The translations under genes and the position numbers were made by a program. DNA of 38,559 nt from Nitrospiria bacterium. Lineage in GTDB: Bacteria > Nitrospirota > Nitrospiria > JACQBZ01. The notes beneath the pieces were generated by a model, which was given only the letters and a program-made list of their open reading frames with translations, did not search any database and was not told where the DNA came from. Where the stretch lies: positions 1 to 38,559 of the forward strand of contig CAKKOZ010000116.1 of NCBI GenBank assembly GCA_919901335.1, in the 5' to 3' direction. This document shows positions 1 through 8,411 of the stretch, piece by piece. Within the stretch, counting starts at the first letter, position 1, and every line of letters starts with the position of its first letter.

Positions 1-1571
1 GACCGGCTGACGCGCACATAATAGGTCCCATCGGCCGGCGCCGTGAAGAGCACCTTTGAGGACAGGGTGGTGGCATCGTTCGGCGGACAGTTGGACTGCT
101 GCGTGACGGGATTCACGCCGCAGGTGCTGCTCTTGGTCACGGTCGTCGCATCATCGTTGACGGACAACACCGTGGTCCCACTCGTGTTCAGGACCTCCAG
201 GAAGCTGTCCGCGCCATTGGTCAGCCCCGATGTCCTTACGGTGTATATAGTGCCCAGCGTGGCCGAGAAGCTGACATAGTCCACATCCCCGGAGGGATAA
301 AAGGTGTGGGTCTGGATTGGAGCATTCACCGTAATGGGCTTGGCATTTGCCGCGGTATCGTCCGGCTCGAAGCCGTCCGCCTTGAGCGCCATCTGGCGAT
401 CTGCCACGACCGTTTCCATTTCGGCCGGTAAGCCATAGCCCCGCACAAACCATCCGTCCCAGAAATCCTCAAAGCTGACGTTGGTGATTCCGCAGTTGGT
501 GCAGATAAGATCGTTGGCGAATACGTCCCAGATGGGCGTCATGCCGGCCGAGACGGCATCCCATCCCTCCACGGTAGAAGGAGCATCAAAAATATCCCAC
601 AACGCCGCTGCCACCGAAAGCTCGTTGGTGGTGTAGATCGCGGCTGAAGAGAGGCCGGTGGGCGTCAGGTTCTCAATCTCAAATGACAACTGCGCCACCG
701 TGCCGCTTGTGTCCATATATAAAGGGTCATTTCTAACGGCACTGGTGAAGAAGTTTCCCCACCCTTCCGACCAGGAAAGACGGATGTCCTGAGTGTTGTC
801 ATCCAGATAATGAATCCCGCCAGGAGAATGATCCTTTGAATAATTGTCCGCGATGAAATGGCCGTACTCATGAAGCAAAACCGGATCGTCGTATTCATCC
901 GTATCACCGACGGATAGCGGACAGTCTTCAGTATTCCCGCCGCCTAAGATATGGATCGAGTCATCGGCTGGATCGAAATAGGTTCCATCGCAACTGCCGG
1001 CGGCCCACTCGGCCGTGACCAGGGGTGGAGGCACGCCGGCCAGGGTGGTCACAAATTCCGCCCCGGTGAGCAAGACATCGAGGATATTAAACACCCCGCC
1101 GATATCGGCCGTGGTCGCGGTCAGGTCCACGCCGCTGAAACCGGGCGCCATGCTGTCATCAATGCCGAGGGTGATGATGGCATACAGCACGCCGCTTGAA
1201 TTACTAACCGTCACCGTACTGTCGGCGGTCTGGGCTCTCACCCGTACATACACCCCGGCCTGACCGGTGTTGGTAAAGGCGAGGCTGTAGCTACCATCCA
1301 GAGCCGTTGCGCCTGAGGTTAGAACACGGCTGTCCGCATCCCGTACGACTTCCACAATGGCTTTACGGACGGGATGGAGGACCGTGCCCGTAAATCCACC
1401 GCTGTCGTAAGGCCGGTCCTCGTACTGAATCGTTCCGGTAATCGTGACGGATGTGCCGTTGCCGGGGCTGCTTCCAGGCTCATTCTTTTCACCGTTACAA
1501 CCGGTGAGATAGAGAACGATCCCAAGGAGAACAAAAAAAGACCCCCGAACTGTTTCTTGTCGTCTTTTCAT
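1..1571 (-). CDS. Lipoprotein zinc metalloprotease (gluzincin-like HExxH region, PPC-like C-terminal domain); 3' end runs off the window
   Basis: Not in the supplied ORF track because there is no stop in the window. My translation from ATG 1571..1569 stays open for 523 codons down to position 3. The N-terminus MKRRQETVRGSFFVLLGIVLYLTGC is a signal peptide plus lipobox. A beta-sandwich-like segment follows (VTITGTIQYED...ALDGSYSLAF). HEYGH is encoded at 872..858 and is followed about 30 aa later by WSEGWGNFF. The distal part (FYPSGDVDYVSF...VLSVNDD...DGTYYVRVSR) resembles a pre-peptidase C-terminal domain. Confidence 0.8.
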   Translation of the reverse strand, partial: MKRRQETVRGSFFVLLGIVLYLTGCNGEKNEPGSSPGNGTSVTITGTIQYEDRPYDSGGFTGTVLHPVRKAIVEVVRDADSRVLTSGATALDGSYSLAFTNTGQAGVYVRVRAQTADSTVTVSNSSGVLYAIITLGIDDSMAPGFSGVDLTATTADIGGVFNILDVLLTGAEFVTTLAGVPPPLVTAEWAAGSCDGTYFDPADDSIHILGGGNTEDCPLSVGDTDEYDDPVLLHEYGHFIADNYSKDHSPGGIHYLDDNTQDIRLSWSEGWGNFFTSAVRNDPLYMDTSGTVAQLSFEIENLTPTGLSSAAIYTTNELSVAAALWDIFDAPSTVEGWDAVSAGMTPIWDVFANDLICTNCGITNVSFEDFWDGWFVRGYGLPAEMETVVADRQMALKADGFEPDDTAANAKPITVNAPIQTHTFYPSGDVDYVSFSATLGTIYTVRTSGLTNGADSFLEVLNTSGTTVLSVNDDATTVTKSSTCGVNPVTQQSNCPPNDATTLSSKVLFTAPADGTYYVRVSR

Positions 1572-1574
1572 AGA

Positions 1575-2063
1575 TTATCTGACCGGGATCTCGATGATAG
1601 ACTTTCCCTCGCGGTCCATCTTGATCCGAGGCCGGGGTTTTTCCATCCCAGGCGGACGGGACGACGGCTCAAGAACGATGGAGGTGGCCTGTGTCCAGGT
1701 GGAACCGTTGGGAAGTGTGACGGTGGCCCGGCCGATGATCTCGTAAGACGGGTCTGCAAGGGGACCGACGTGAATCATGAGTGAAACCGGTTGATCTTTA
1801 GCAGCCGCTCCGGTCCAGTGAAGCAGCCCATCCGCATGGGCAAGGCCTTCCGGAAGTTCCACCGAAACGGTTAGTTGGGAAGCATCCGTACGGGAGGTAA
1901 CGGTCAAGGTTACGTCCACCACCCCACCAGGGGCGGGTGAAGCATCGGTGGTCATCGCCAGATCCAGCGGCCCTCGCGGCTTGCCTGCAAGGCTTTGCCC
2001 CGCATTTATTAATGAAAGGCTCACAATAGCCAGAATAAAGATAATTCTATTTTTGGATTGCAT
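1575..2063 (-). CDS. Secreted hypothetical protein (162 aa), tightly coupled to the downstream metalloprotease gene
   Basis: ORF track. MQSKNRIIFILAIVSLSLINAGQSLA looks like a Sec signal peptide. A purine-rich AAGGAAGGGA block lies upstream of ATG 2063. The TAA stop (1577..1575) lies 3 nt before the protease ATG. No family recognised. Confidence 0.7.
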   Translation of the reverse strand: MQSKNRIIFILAIVSLSLINAGQSLAGKPRGPLDLAMTTDASPAPGGVVDVTLTVTSRTDASQLTVSVELPEGLAHADGLLHWTGAAAKDQPVSLMIHVGPLADPSYEIIGRATVTLPNGSTWTQATSIVLEPSSRPPGMEKPRPRIKMDREGKSIIEIPVR

Positions 2064-2120
2064 GAAGAGGTCCCTTCCTTGCCCCCATCGGCCGGCGGGC
2101 AGGTTTCGGCAGACGGTGGA

Positions 2121-3128
2121 TTATTCGATCTGCCACGAAATGAAGCTTGTTTTAGTTCCTTCTCTTTTAATCATGGCCGTAGCGATTTTCTCGGTCTCGT
2201 GCATGATCCCGTGAGCCTGGATCGTGAAGTAACCGCTCTTGCCATCGACCCGCCTTCGGCAGGCGGGATCGGTCAGACAGCTCGTTGCGCAGCCCGTCAA
2301 AGAGTCGGCATTGATCGGCGGCGTATAGGGCCGCCCGTTCTGGATGCAGGTCGCGGTGTCGACGGTGATGTCATTATACAGCGTCCGCAACACCGGCGAG
2401 TCGGCCGTATTGATATTGATCAACCCGTTTCCGTTCGGGCCCTTAAGCGAAACCGTCGTCAGGTACGGGCGGATCTTACGGTAGATTTCCGGCGTCACCC
2501 CGTTGACCAGCCGCAGTTCCGAAATCGTGTCCATCGGACCGTTCTTGCAACGGTACGGGGGGCTTAAGCGCTGATAATAAAAATCCTCGGCTCCGTTGAA
2601 CCCCTGATCATCGTTTTCATCCACCCAGTCCTCGATCGACTGGGCGATCGTCTCGGCCGCATCGGCATCCAGTTCCAGAACGGCGAAAAGCCGCCGGAGC
2701 ATCGCCCTGGCATCGTCTCTCCCTGTACCACCGTCGGCGAGTCGGTTGACATCAATCTTGCCGGCCTCATCCGTGATCTCGACCGAGACGAACCCCTCTC
2801 CGACCGGATAGGGCGGAAACGGCGTAGCCCAGAACTCGTCCAGCCCGTCGTATTTCGCGCTCTCCACGCGTTTTGCGTCGTCCTTGAGCACCGCGCGGGC
2901 CGCGGTCGCGCCGGCTTTGGCCAGGTAGGTCGCTTGGATTCCATCCCGAAAATTTCCGGCCGTGATGAGGTTGATCCTGGCGCCGTGATCAAACTCCACG
3001 ATCACGGCCGTCAGCAGCACCAGAACCACCAGGGTTAAAAGCAGCGCGATGCCGCGTTGATTATTTAATAACTCACCGATCCGAACCTTCTCTGCCGTTC
3101 GACTTTTCACTTTCAAACCGCCGATCAT
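2121..3128 (-). CDS. gspK: Type II secretion minor pseudopilin GspK
   Basis: The leader ends ..NNQRG and is followed by the hydrophobic helix IALLLTLVVLVLLTAVIV, with no Glu at +5. The size (335 aa) and an ITDEAGKIDVN-type motif are typical of GspK/XcpX. Sits next to the gsp genes. Confidence 0.8.
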   Translation of the reverse strand: MIGGLKVKSRTAEKVRIGELLNNQRGIALLLTLVVLVLLTAVIVEFDHGARINLITAGNFRDGIQATYLAKAGATAARAVLKDDAKRVESAKYDGLDEFWATPFPPYPVGEGFVSVEITDEAGKIDVNRLADGGTGRDDARAMLRRLFAVLELDADAAETIAQSIEDWVDENDDQGFNGAEDFYYQRLSPPYRCKNGPMDTISELRLVNGVTPEIYRKIRPYLTTVSLKGPNGNGLININTADSPVLRTLYNDITVDTATCIQNGRPYTPPINADSLTGCATSCLTDPACRRRVDGKSGYFTIQAHGIMHETEKIATAMIKREGTKTSFISWQIE

Positions 3129-3139
3129 TCTGTTACAAT
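3111..3139 (+). promoter_or_regulatory. Candidate extended -10 promoter for the plus-strand lipoprotein gene (would give a near-leaderless mRNA)
   Basis: TTTCAA (3111-3116), a 17-nt spacer ending in TGT, then TACAAT (3134-3139). The ATG is at 3149, only 9 nt after the -10. No Shine-Dalgarno precedes this ATG on the plus strand (the sequence there is CCTCCC). Confidence 0.3.
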
Positions 3140-3148
3140 GCCTCCCAG

Positions 3149-4039
3149 ATGAAGCCGTTGATACCCATCACAAAAGTACTGCCGGGCCGCGCTTTCGCCT
3201 GGATTCCGGCCATCCTCTTCTTCCCTCTGATCATCACCGGCTGCGGGGACAAGAAAGACGAGGGAGTCGAGGCCGTTTTCCTGGCCGATTTTTCCAATGC
3301 GGGCGTCGGCGACAGCGGCAGTTATCCGGACGGCTTTCTTACCTCGGACGCGATCCAGATCGGGGTAAAGAGCGTCAAACTGATCAAGGCCGAGGAAACC
3401 GAACCGTCCTATACCATTTTTGACACCGAGGACAACACCGACCCGGTGGTTCTGGATCTGAACGCGACCACACAGTCGGCCGTGATCAATCCCGTTTTTC
3501 CGACCGGATGCCCCTGCGACTTCAGCAAGGTCCAGGTCGAGCTGACCTTTATGGAAGTCCAAGTACCGGTGTATGACGGCGACATCGCCGTCAATCGGCG
3601 GTTCCGCTTCTACACCATAGACCTGACCGATCCGGATCTCGGGGTCCCGGTCACGGCGGGTGACGTCCTGGTCGCCGATCTTTCCAACGCCTTGAGTTTC
3701 AACTGGATCGACACGACCGATGGAGGATTCGTATCGCTTACGTCGGCAAGGCCGACCGTCCCGCTTCAGGTCCCGGCGGCCCGATTTCCCGATGACGCCT
3801 ACGGCGCCGCCGTCACGATGGACCTGCCCTCATTTTTTGAAATCCCGGACAAACCCGAAGGCATGCTCACGGTCACGCTGACCGTCCATGCGGGCAGCCT
3901 CTTCTTTTACGACGAGACGGATACCGAAGAACCCGCACTGACCCGCTTCGACCGTTACACGGATGGACGGCTGAACGCGAACGAGCCCGACTCTCATTTC
4001 TATCCCACCTTCCCGACGATCACGGCCGCATTCGAATAA
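3149..4039 (+). CDS. Acidic lipoprotein of unknown function (296 aa), opposite strand inside the gsp cluster
   Basis: ORF track. MKPLIPITKVLPGRAFAWIPAILFFPLIITGC is a signal peptide plus lipobox. The mature part is D/E-rich. This frame has GC-rich third positions and a natural-looking composition, whereas the antisense ORF 3125..3562 looks like a shadow ORF. Confidence 0.75.
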   Translation: MKPLIPITKVLPGRAFAWIPAILFFPLIITGCGDKKDEGVEAVFLADFSNAGVGDSGSYPDGFLTSDAIQIGVKSVKLIKAEETEPSYTIFDTEDNTDPVVLDLNATTQSAVINPVFPTGCPCDFSKVQVELTFMEVQVPVYDGDIAVNRRFRFYTIDLTDPDLGVPVTAGDVLVADLSNALSFNWIDTTDGGFVSLTSARPTVPLQVPAARFPDDAYGAAVTMDLPSFFEIPDKPEGMLTVTLTVHAGSLFFYDETDTEEPALTRFDRYTDGRLNANEPDSHFYPTFPTITAAFE

Positions 4040-4044
4040 GCCGA

Positions 4045-4632
4045 TTACCCGGGTTTCTCGTACGTGCTCACCAAAAACGTCACGTCCAAAAACTGCGGAT
4101 TGGCGTAACGCGTCCGAAAATGCAGGTTTTTGATCTTCAAGACATGCGGGGCCTGCTCGATCGAGGAGAGGAACCGCACGGCCTGATCCAGCGTGACGTT
4201 TTCGATTTTCATCTCGACCGAGGTTTCACGGTATTGACCCACCATCGCCATCGTCTGAGGCCGCATGTAGGCGATCCGCGACCGCACGTCGGCCGGGCCG
4301 GCCAGCGACTCCAGGAATGAAAGAAGGGAGAACCGCCCCTGGTCTTTTTGGATGCGCTCGTCCAGCGAGCCGACCCGGCCCTTGATCTGAACATACTCCC
4401 GGCGGATCTGGTCCAGCGTCGTCAAGGCCTCCTGCTTCTGACGGATCAGACGGTCGAGCCCCTTCATCCGGTCCAGATACAACGCGACCGAGGAGTAAAC
4501 ACCGTAGAGCAGCAGGCCGACGAGGGTGATTCCGCCGATGATGAGATAGAGCCTCTCGCGGGACGTGATACCGTCGCGCCGGAAGCGGGCCAGAAGCGTC
4601 TGCATGAAAGCCGATCGGAAAAGGATGTTCAT
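4045..4632 (-). CDS. gspM: Type II secretion protein GspM (PilO-like)
   Basis: About 195 aa. It has a single N-terminal TM helix (LYLIIGGITLVGLLLYGVY), a coiled-coil stretch, then a C-terminal alpha/beta part. Its start forms an ATGA overlap with the gspL stop (4629-4632). Confidence 0.7.
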   Translation of the reverse strand: MNILFRSAFMQTLLARFRRDGITSRERLYLIIGGITLVGLLLYGVYSSVALYLDRMKGLDRLIRQKQEALTTLDQIRREYVQIKGRVGSLDERIQKDQGRFSLLSFLESLAGPADVRSRIAYMRPQTMAMVGQYRETSVEMKIENVTLDQAVRFLSSIEQAPHVLKIKNLHFRTRYANPQFLDVTFLVSTYEKPG

Positions 4633-6296
4633 TCGAGATCCTTGGGTGCCAGCGTCATGGTCAGGCGGAAGCGCACCTTGGATTGGTCCGCGCTGACCTT
4701 CGCATCGCTGACCGTCACGTCGCGAAACGCCTCGAACTGCCCCAGCGAGGCCTTGACCCTGTCGACCGATTCAAAGCTGTCCGTCTCGGCCTCCAGCCTA
4801 AGCCGACCCGACTCGATCACAAGGTCCTGAACCTCGATCTTGACCGCCGGAGGCATCCGTTGGGTCAGCTCGGCCATCAATTGCAGCGGCGTCCAGTCGC
4901 CCGTTCCGAATAACGCGGCCCTCTTTCTCATCTCGGCGACGGCCGTCTTCGCCTGCTGGACCTCGTCCACCACATTTTTCACCTCCGGGAACATCGTCCG
5001 GAACTGCTCGCGAACCTCCGTCTTCAATGTCCGGTACTGGCTCGCCTGAAGCGTGTATTGTGTATACAGGTCCACGGCCGCGACCGCCGCGACTAAAAGC
5101 GCCCCGATCCAGAGATAGCGGACGCGGGCCGTGGATGCGGTCGCCTCGCGGCCATGAGCGAATTCGCCCTTGCGAAAATTCATCCGGGACCCGCCCGTCT
5201 GGCGGGCGCCTTTCAGGGCCAGTCCCAGACCCAGGCCGAAGGCCGGGTCCCACCCGGTTTCGTTTCCCGGTGCGATCTTGGGCGCGCGGGTTACGGCCTG
5301 TATTCCCAGTTCGGATGCGAGATAAGGCTCCAGCCCTTTGAGCTTGCTCCCGCCGCCGTACAAAGAAAATTCCGTCAGAGGGGCCCGGCCGTCCGCCTGT
5401 CCCGGCATCATCGCAGCCGGGACTGGTTCATTCGCCTCAAAAACATGAACCGTTCGGACCAGCTCCGAGATAAACGGTTCAAGCGCCCGGCGGATCGTCT
5501 GCGAAACCCCCTTCTGATGGAGTCGGGAAATGCCGGAATCCTCAAGGCCGGCCTGTCGTTTCCATTCCTCGGCCTCCTCCGGCGGGATCCCGCATGCATC
5601 CGACAGCGCCGCCGTCAGGTCCCGGCCTCCCCACAGGATGGTCCGGATAAAGGCTGCCTGTCCGCGGCGGAGGATGCAAACGACCGTCTTCGAGGCCCCG
5701 ATCTCCAGCACGGCCGTGCCGGCGGCGGGAATACCCGGAGCGGACGAATCGAGAAGGAGATGGCGCGCAAGGTTCATCAGGGCCAAGCCGTCCAGCCCCA
5801 CCGCTTCGGGATCAATTCCGGCCCGTGCCAATTGCTCCAGATAATTCTTCACCAGGCCGCGCGGAGCGGCCGCGGCCAGCAGGTTCATCTTCCCGCCCGT
5901 TGCATCAATCACCTCATAGTCCACCACAACCTCGTCGAGCGGATAAGGAAGAAGCGCCTCGATCTCGAACGGAACCAGCTTTTCGAGTTTTCGGACATCG
6001 TTGAAGGGAAGGGTCAGCGTCCGAAGCGAGATCAGATGGGCCGGGAGGGAAACCACGACGCGATCCATCGGCAATTGGTGCTCGGCAATCCATTCCTTCA
6101 ATCCCGGCACACCCTCCCTCGCCCAGTCGAAGGGACCCTGAATGCGGGACAGGTCCCGCTGATTGAGGATGCCCGTAACGTGGGTATAACCGCCCGCCCA
6201 TTCCAGCCCCAACCAGCCCTTTCGAAGACAGACCGCCTTCACCGAAGAGGAACCGATATCAAGACCCATAATCGGTTGAACCATGATTGACTTCAT
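4629..6296 (-). CDS. gspL: Type II secretion protein GspL with PilM/actin-like N-terminal domain
   Basis: The N-terminus IMGLDIGSSSVKAV resembles the phosphate-1 motif of PilM/FtsA-type actin-like folds. A central TM helix (YLWIGALLVAAVAAVDLY) is followed by a periplasmic PilN/GspL-like C-terminus. ATGA overlaps on both sides link it to gspN and gspM. Confidence 0.8.
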   Translation of the reverse strand: MKSIMVQPIMGLDIGSSSVKAVCLRKGWLGLEWAGGYTHVTGILNQRDLSRIQGPFDWAREGVPGLKEWIAEHQLPMDRVVVSLPAHLISLRTLTLPFNDVRKLEKLVPFEIEALLPYPLDEVVVDYEVIDATGGKMNLLAAAAPRGLVKNYLEQLARAGIDPEAVGLDGLALMNLARHLLLDSSAPGIPAAGTAVLEIGASKTVVCILRRGQAAFIRTILWGGRDLTAALSDACGIPPEEAEEWKRQAGLEDSGISRLHQKGVSQTIRRALEPFISELVRTVHVFEANEPVPAAMMPGQADGRAPLTEFSLYGGGSKLKGLEPYLASELGIQAVTRAPKIAPGNETGWDPAFGLGLGLALKGARQTGGSRMNFRKGEFAHGREATASTARVRYLWIGALLVAAVAAVDLYTQYTLQASQYRTLKTEVREQFRTMFPEVKNVVDEVQQAKTAVAEMRKRAALFGTGDWTPLQLMAELTQRMPPAVKIEVQDLVIESGRLRLEAETDSFESVDRVKASLGQFEAFRDVTVSDAKVSADQSKVRFRLTMTLAPKDLE

Positions 6297-7336
6297 TTCC
6301 CGGGCCCTCCCGGCGCGACCGGCGGCCTTGGGGGTTCCCCGGCCCGTTGAGGGGATTTCATGGGCTGTTGAGAGGACTCCACGGGCCGTTCGATGACGAT
6401 CGGCGGATCGAAACCGCCGGCCCCGATTGCCCCCATCGGCACCCCGTTCAGATACGGCGTCGGGTGTCTCAGGGCGCCTCGAAGCGCAAAATCCAGATGG
6501 CCGGACGGCGAGGCCATCGCGGACAGGAGCGCCAGCGGCCCGCCGGACGGACGGCCGGGTCCGGTCGGTTTCCGAAGCGTGACGCGCGAATTGAAGTTTA
6601 GAAGGCTTTCCATAAAGTCCGGCCGGAGGAGAAGGCTCCCGCTGCCCACCAGGTCGAGGGCTTCCCCCTGCGCCGAAAAATTCTCAAGATGACCCATTCC
6701 GCCTTTTAAGGACACATCCCCGTTGATCCGGGCAAATCGGGTTTCCAGGCTTTTCAACGCCACCTCGTTCGCCTCGAGCACCAGCAATCCCTGTCCCTGC
6801 AGTACATCTCCGTTCATCCAGTCATATTCGAACCGGCTGACCCCCACCGCCCCGCTCACATCCCGGGATGGAAGCCGGAATCCCGCCGCGAGCTTTCCCA
6901 GATCGAACCCCTTGCCCGTCGCCTCAAGATGGTATTTCATTCCCCGAGGCGCCCGACGGGCCGTCACCCGGCCGCGGGCCTCGCCGCCCAGACCCCGCAG
7001 TTCAAAATCCAGATCCAACTGTCGGCGCAGGATCGCCCCGACGGGCCAGCCCCCCGACACCTGCTCCGCCGTCCATAAAACCCGGGCGACCGGGCCGGGC
7101 CGGCTGACCGTCACGCCGTTCCAAACCAGCCGGAACGGGAACCGGACACGGCTCTTCTGGACCGAAATCTCAAGACCCGCGGCCCGTTCGATCTTGACCC
7201 GGACCCAGTCCGACAGCTGCTGCCAGGGAAAGGTCAAATACACGAAAACCGTGATGGCGATGACGGCCGCGGTGGCATATCCGATCGCCGCAATCAAACC
7301 GGCCCTATGCCGACTCACCCATTGGAATAATCCCAT
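6293..7336 (-). CDS. gspN: Putative type II secretion protein GspN (long, single-pass form)
   Basis: I prefer the start MGLFQWVSRH at 7336, which lies 5 nt after the gspJ stop. The track start at 7468 adds 44 Arg-rich residues translated out of frame across gspJ. The protein has a single TM helix (LIAAIGYATAAVIAITVFVYL), a large periplasmic part and a Pro-rich tail. The assignment rests on topology and position, not on a recognised motif. Confidence 0.5.
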   Translation of the reverse strand: MGLFQWVSRHRAGLIAAIGYATAAVIAITVFVYLTFPWQQLSDWVRVKIERAAGLEISVQKSRVRFPFRLVWNGVTVSRPGPVARVLWTAEQVSGGWPVGAILRRQLDLDFELRGLGGEARGRVTARRAPRGMKYHLEATGKGFDLGKLAAGFRLPSRDVSGAVGVSRFEYDWMNGDVLQGQGLLVLEANEVALKSLETRFARINGDVSLKGGMGHLENFSAQGEALDLVGSGSLLLRPDFMESLLNFNSRVTLRKPTGPGRPSGGPLALLSAMASPSGHLDFALRGALRHPTPYLNGVPMGAIGAGGFDPPIVIERPVESSQQPMKSPQRAGEPPRPPVAPGGPGK

Positions 7337-7341
7337 TCGAG

Positions 7342-7986
7342 TCACGACGTCTGGCCGAGGGGGATATCGGTCTGCGTGATGAAACGGCGCTCGCGGCCGG
7401 TATCGTCTTTCAGAAAAATCTGGATCTCGACCGCCTTCGGCAATTTTTTCAGATCGCCGGCGCTCCATTCATCCGACCATTCTTTCCCGTCGAAGTACCG
7501 GAAGTTCAATCCGACCACCCGCTCGGCCAGTTCATACCGTTCAAGGCTGCCTTCCGACAGACTCAGCAGATTCGTCTCTTCCTCGTGCATCAGGACGGTC
7601 GTCTCGGTTTCCGGAACCGGAACCAGATCATACGTGAGGACCGACACGATCGGATCGGTCATCCCCTCCTCAACCCGGGCATGGGAAAGCGCCGTGAACC
7701 GGAGCGTATCCGAAGACCCGATGGCGGTCAGGCCGTCCTCCCCGACAAACTCAAACGGCGTGGAATCGGCTTGAGCGCCCGGCAGACGCCAGTACGCCGA
7801 CTTTAATTCATTCACCATGATTCCCATGCTGATCCGGGCCGTCTGGTCGATCTCGCTCTCCGCATCCACCTGCTGTGTGGACCGGAGGACCGCATTGAAG
7901 GTCTGATACAACAGCGTGACGAGCACCGCGACAATTCCCAGCGCAACCAGGAGCTCGATCAGCGTGAAACCTCTTTGATCCTTCAC
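7342..7986 (-). CDS. gspJ: Type II secretion minor pseudopilin GspJ
   Basis: Prepilin N-terminus MKDQRG/FTLIELLVALGIVAVLVTLL. About 214 aa. Follows gspI. Confidence 0.8.
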   Translation of the reverse strand: MKDQRGFTLIELLVALGIVAVLVTLLYQTFNAVLRSTQQVDAESEIDQTARISMGIMVNELKSAYWRLPGAQADSTPFEFVGEDGLTAIGSSDTLRFTALSHARVEEGMTDPIVSVLTYDLVPVPETETTVLMHEEETNLLSLSEGSLERYELAERVVGLNFRYFDGKEWSDEWSAGDLKKLPKAVEIQIFLKDDTGRERRFITQTDIPLGQTS

Positions 7987-8411
7987 TATTTTTCTTCCAT
8001 CACAAATGTAACCAGAGCCACTGAATTCCGATGCTCCCCATCTTTCCAGCCCACATCCATCCTCACTTCGCGGGCGTAATCAAACGGGGTCGAAAGGACG
8101 GTCTGGGCCCAGTCGAAGGTCTCATCCGGTTCCGGGAACGTCCCGCTTAAAATACCCAGGGCAGGAAAATCCGCCATTTCGACTTCCGAGATCTTCTGCT
8201 GCGCCAGCAGCGTGGCCCGCGTCAGGTACCGCGCCTCCTGATGCTGAAGGATATCGCGGTTGAGGAGTCCCAGGAGGACCACGAAGGTCACGACCAGAAT
8301 CGAGAGCGCAATCATCACCTCTAAAAGGGTGAAGCCCGCCTGTCCCCGCCCCGCCGGCAGGCCGCGTTGCGACTCAAGCCTCTTTCCCGATCTCTTCCCG
8401 ATACCCGTCAT
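7986..8411 (-). CDS. gspI: Type II secretion minor pseudopilin GspI
   Basis: Prepilin motif ..GQAG/FTLLEVMIALSILVV. Small size (about 115 aa mature). The leader is unusually long (25 aa) in the track model, so the start is uncertain. Confidence 0.75.
   Translation of the reverse strand: MTGIGKRSGKRLESQRGLPAGRGQAGFTLLEVMIALSILVVTFVVLLGLLNRDILQHQEARYLTRATLLAQQKISEVEMADFPALGILSGTFPEPDETFDWAQTVLSTPFDYAREVRMDVGWKDGEHRNSVALVTFVMEEK

Noticed and set aside
3125-3562. 145-aa minus-strand ORF that would extend upstream of gspK
   Set aside because: It is antisense to the well-formed lipoprotein gene and in a different frame from gspK. Its composition is typical of shadow ORFs.
5154-6290. 378-aa plus-strand ORF opposite gspL
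   Set aside because: Shadow ORF with an Arg-rich, junk-like composition.
7337-7468. N-terminal 44-aa extension of gspN overlapping gspJ by 127 nt
   Set aside because: The extension is an Arg/Pro-rich out-of-frame read of gspJ. The internal ATG at 7336 sits 5 nt after the gspJ stop and immediately precedes the TM helix.
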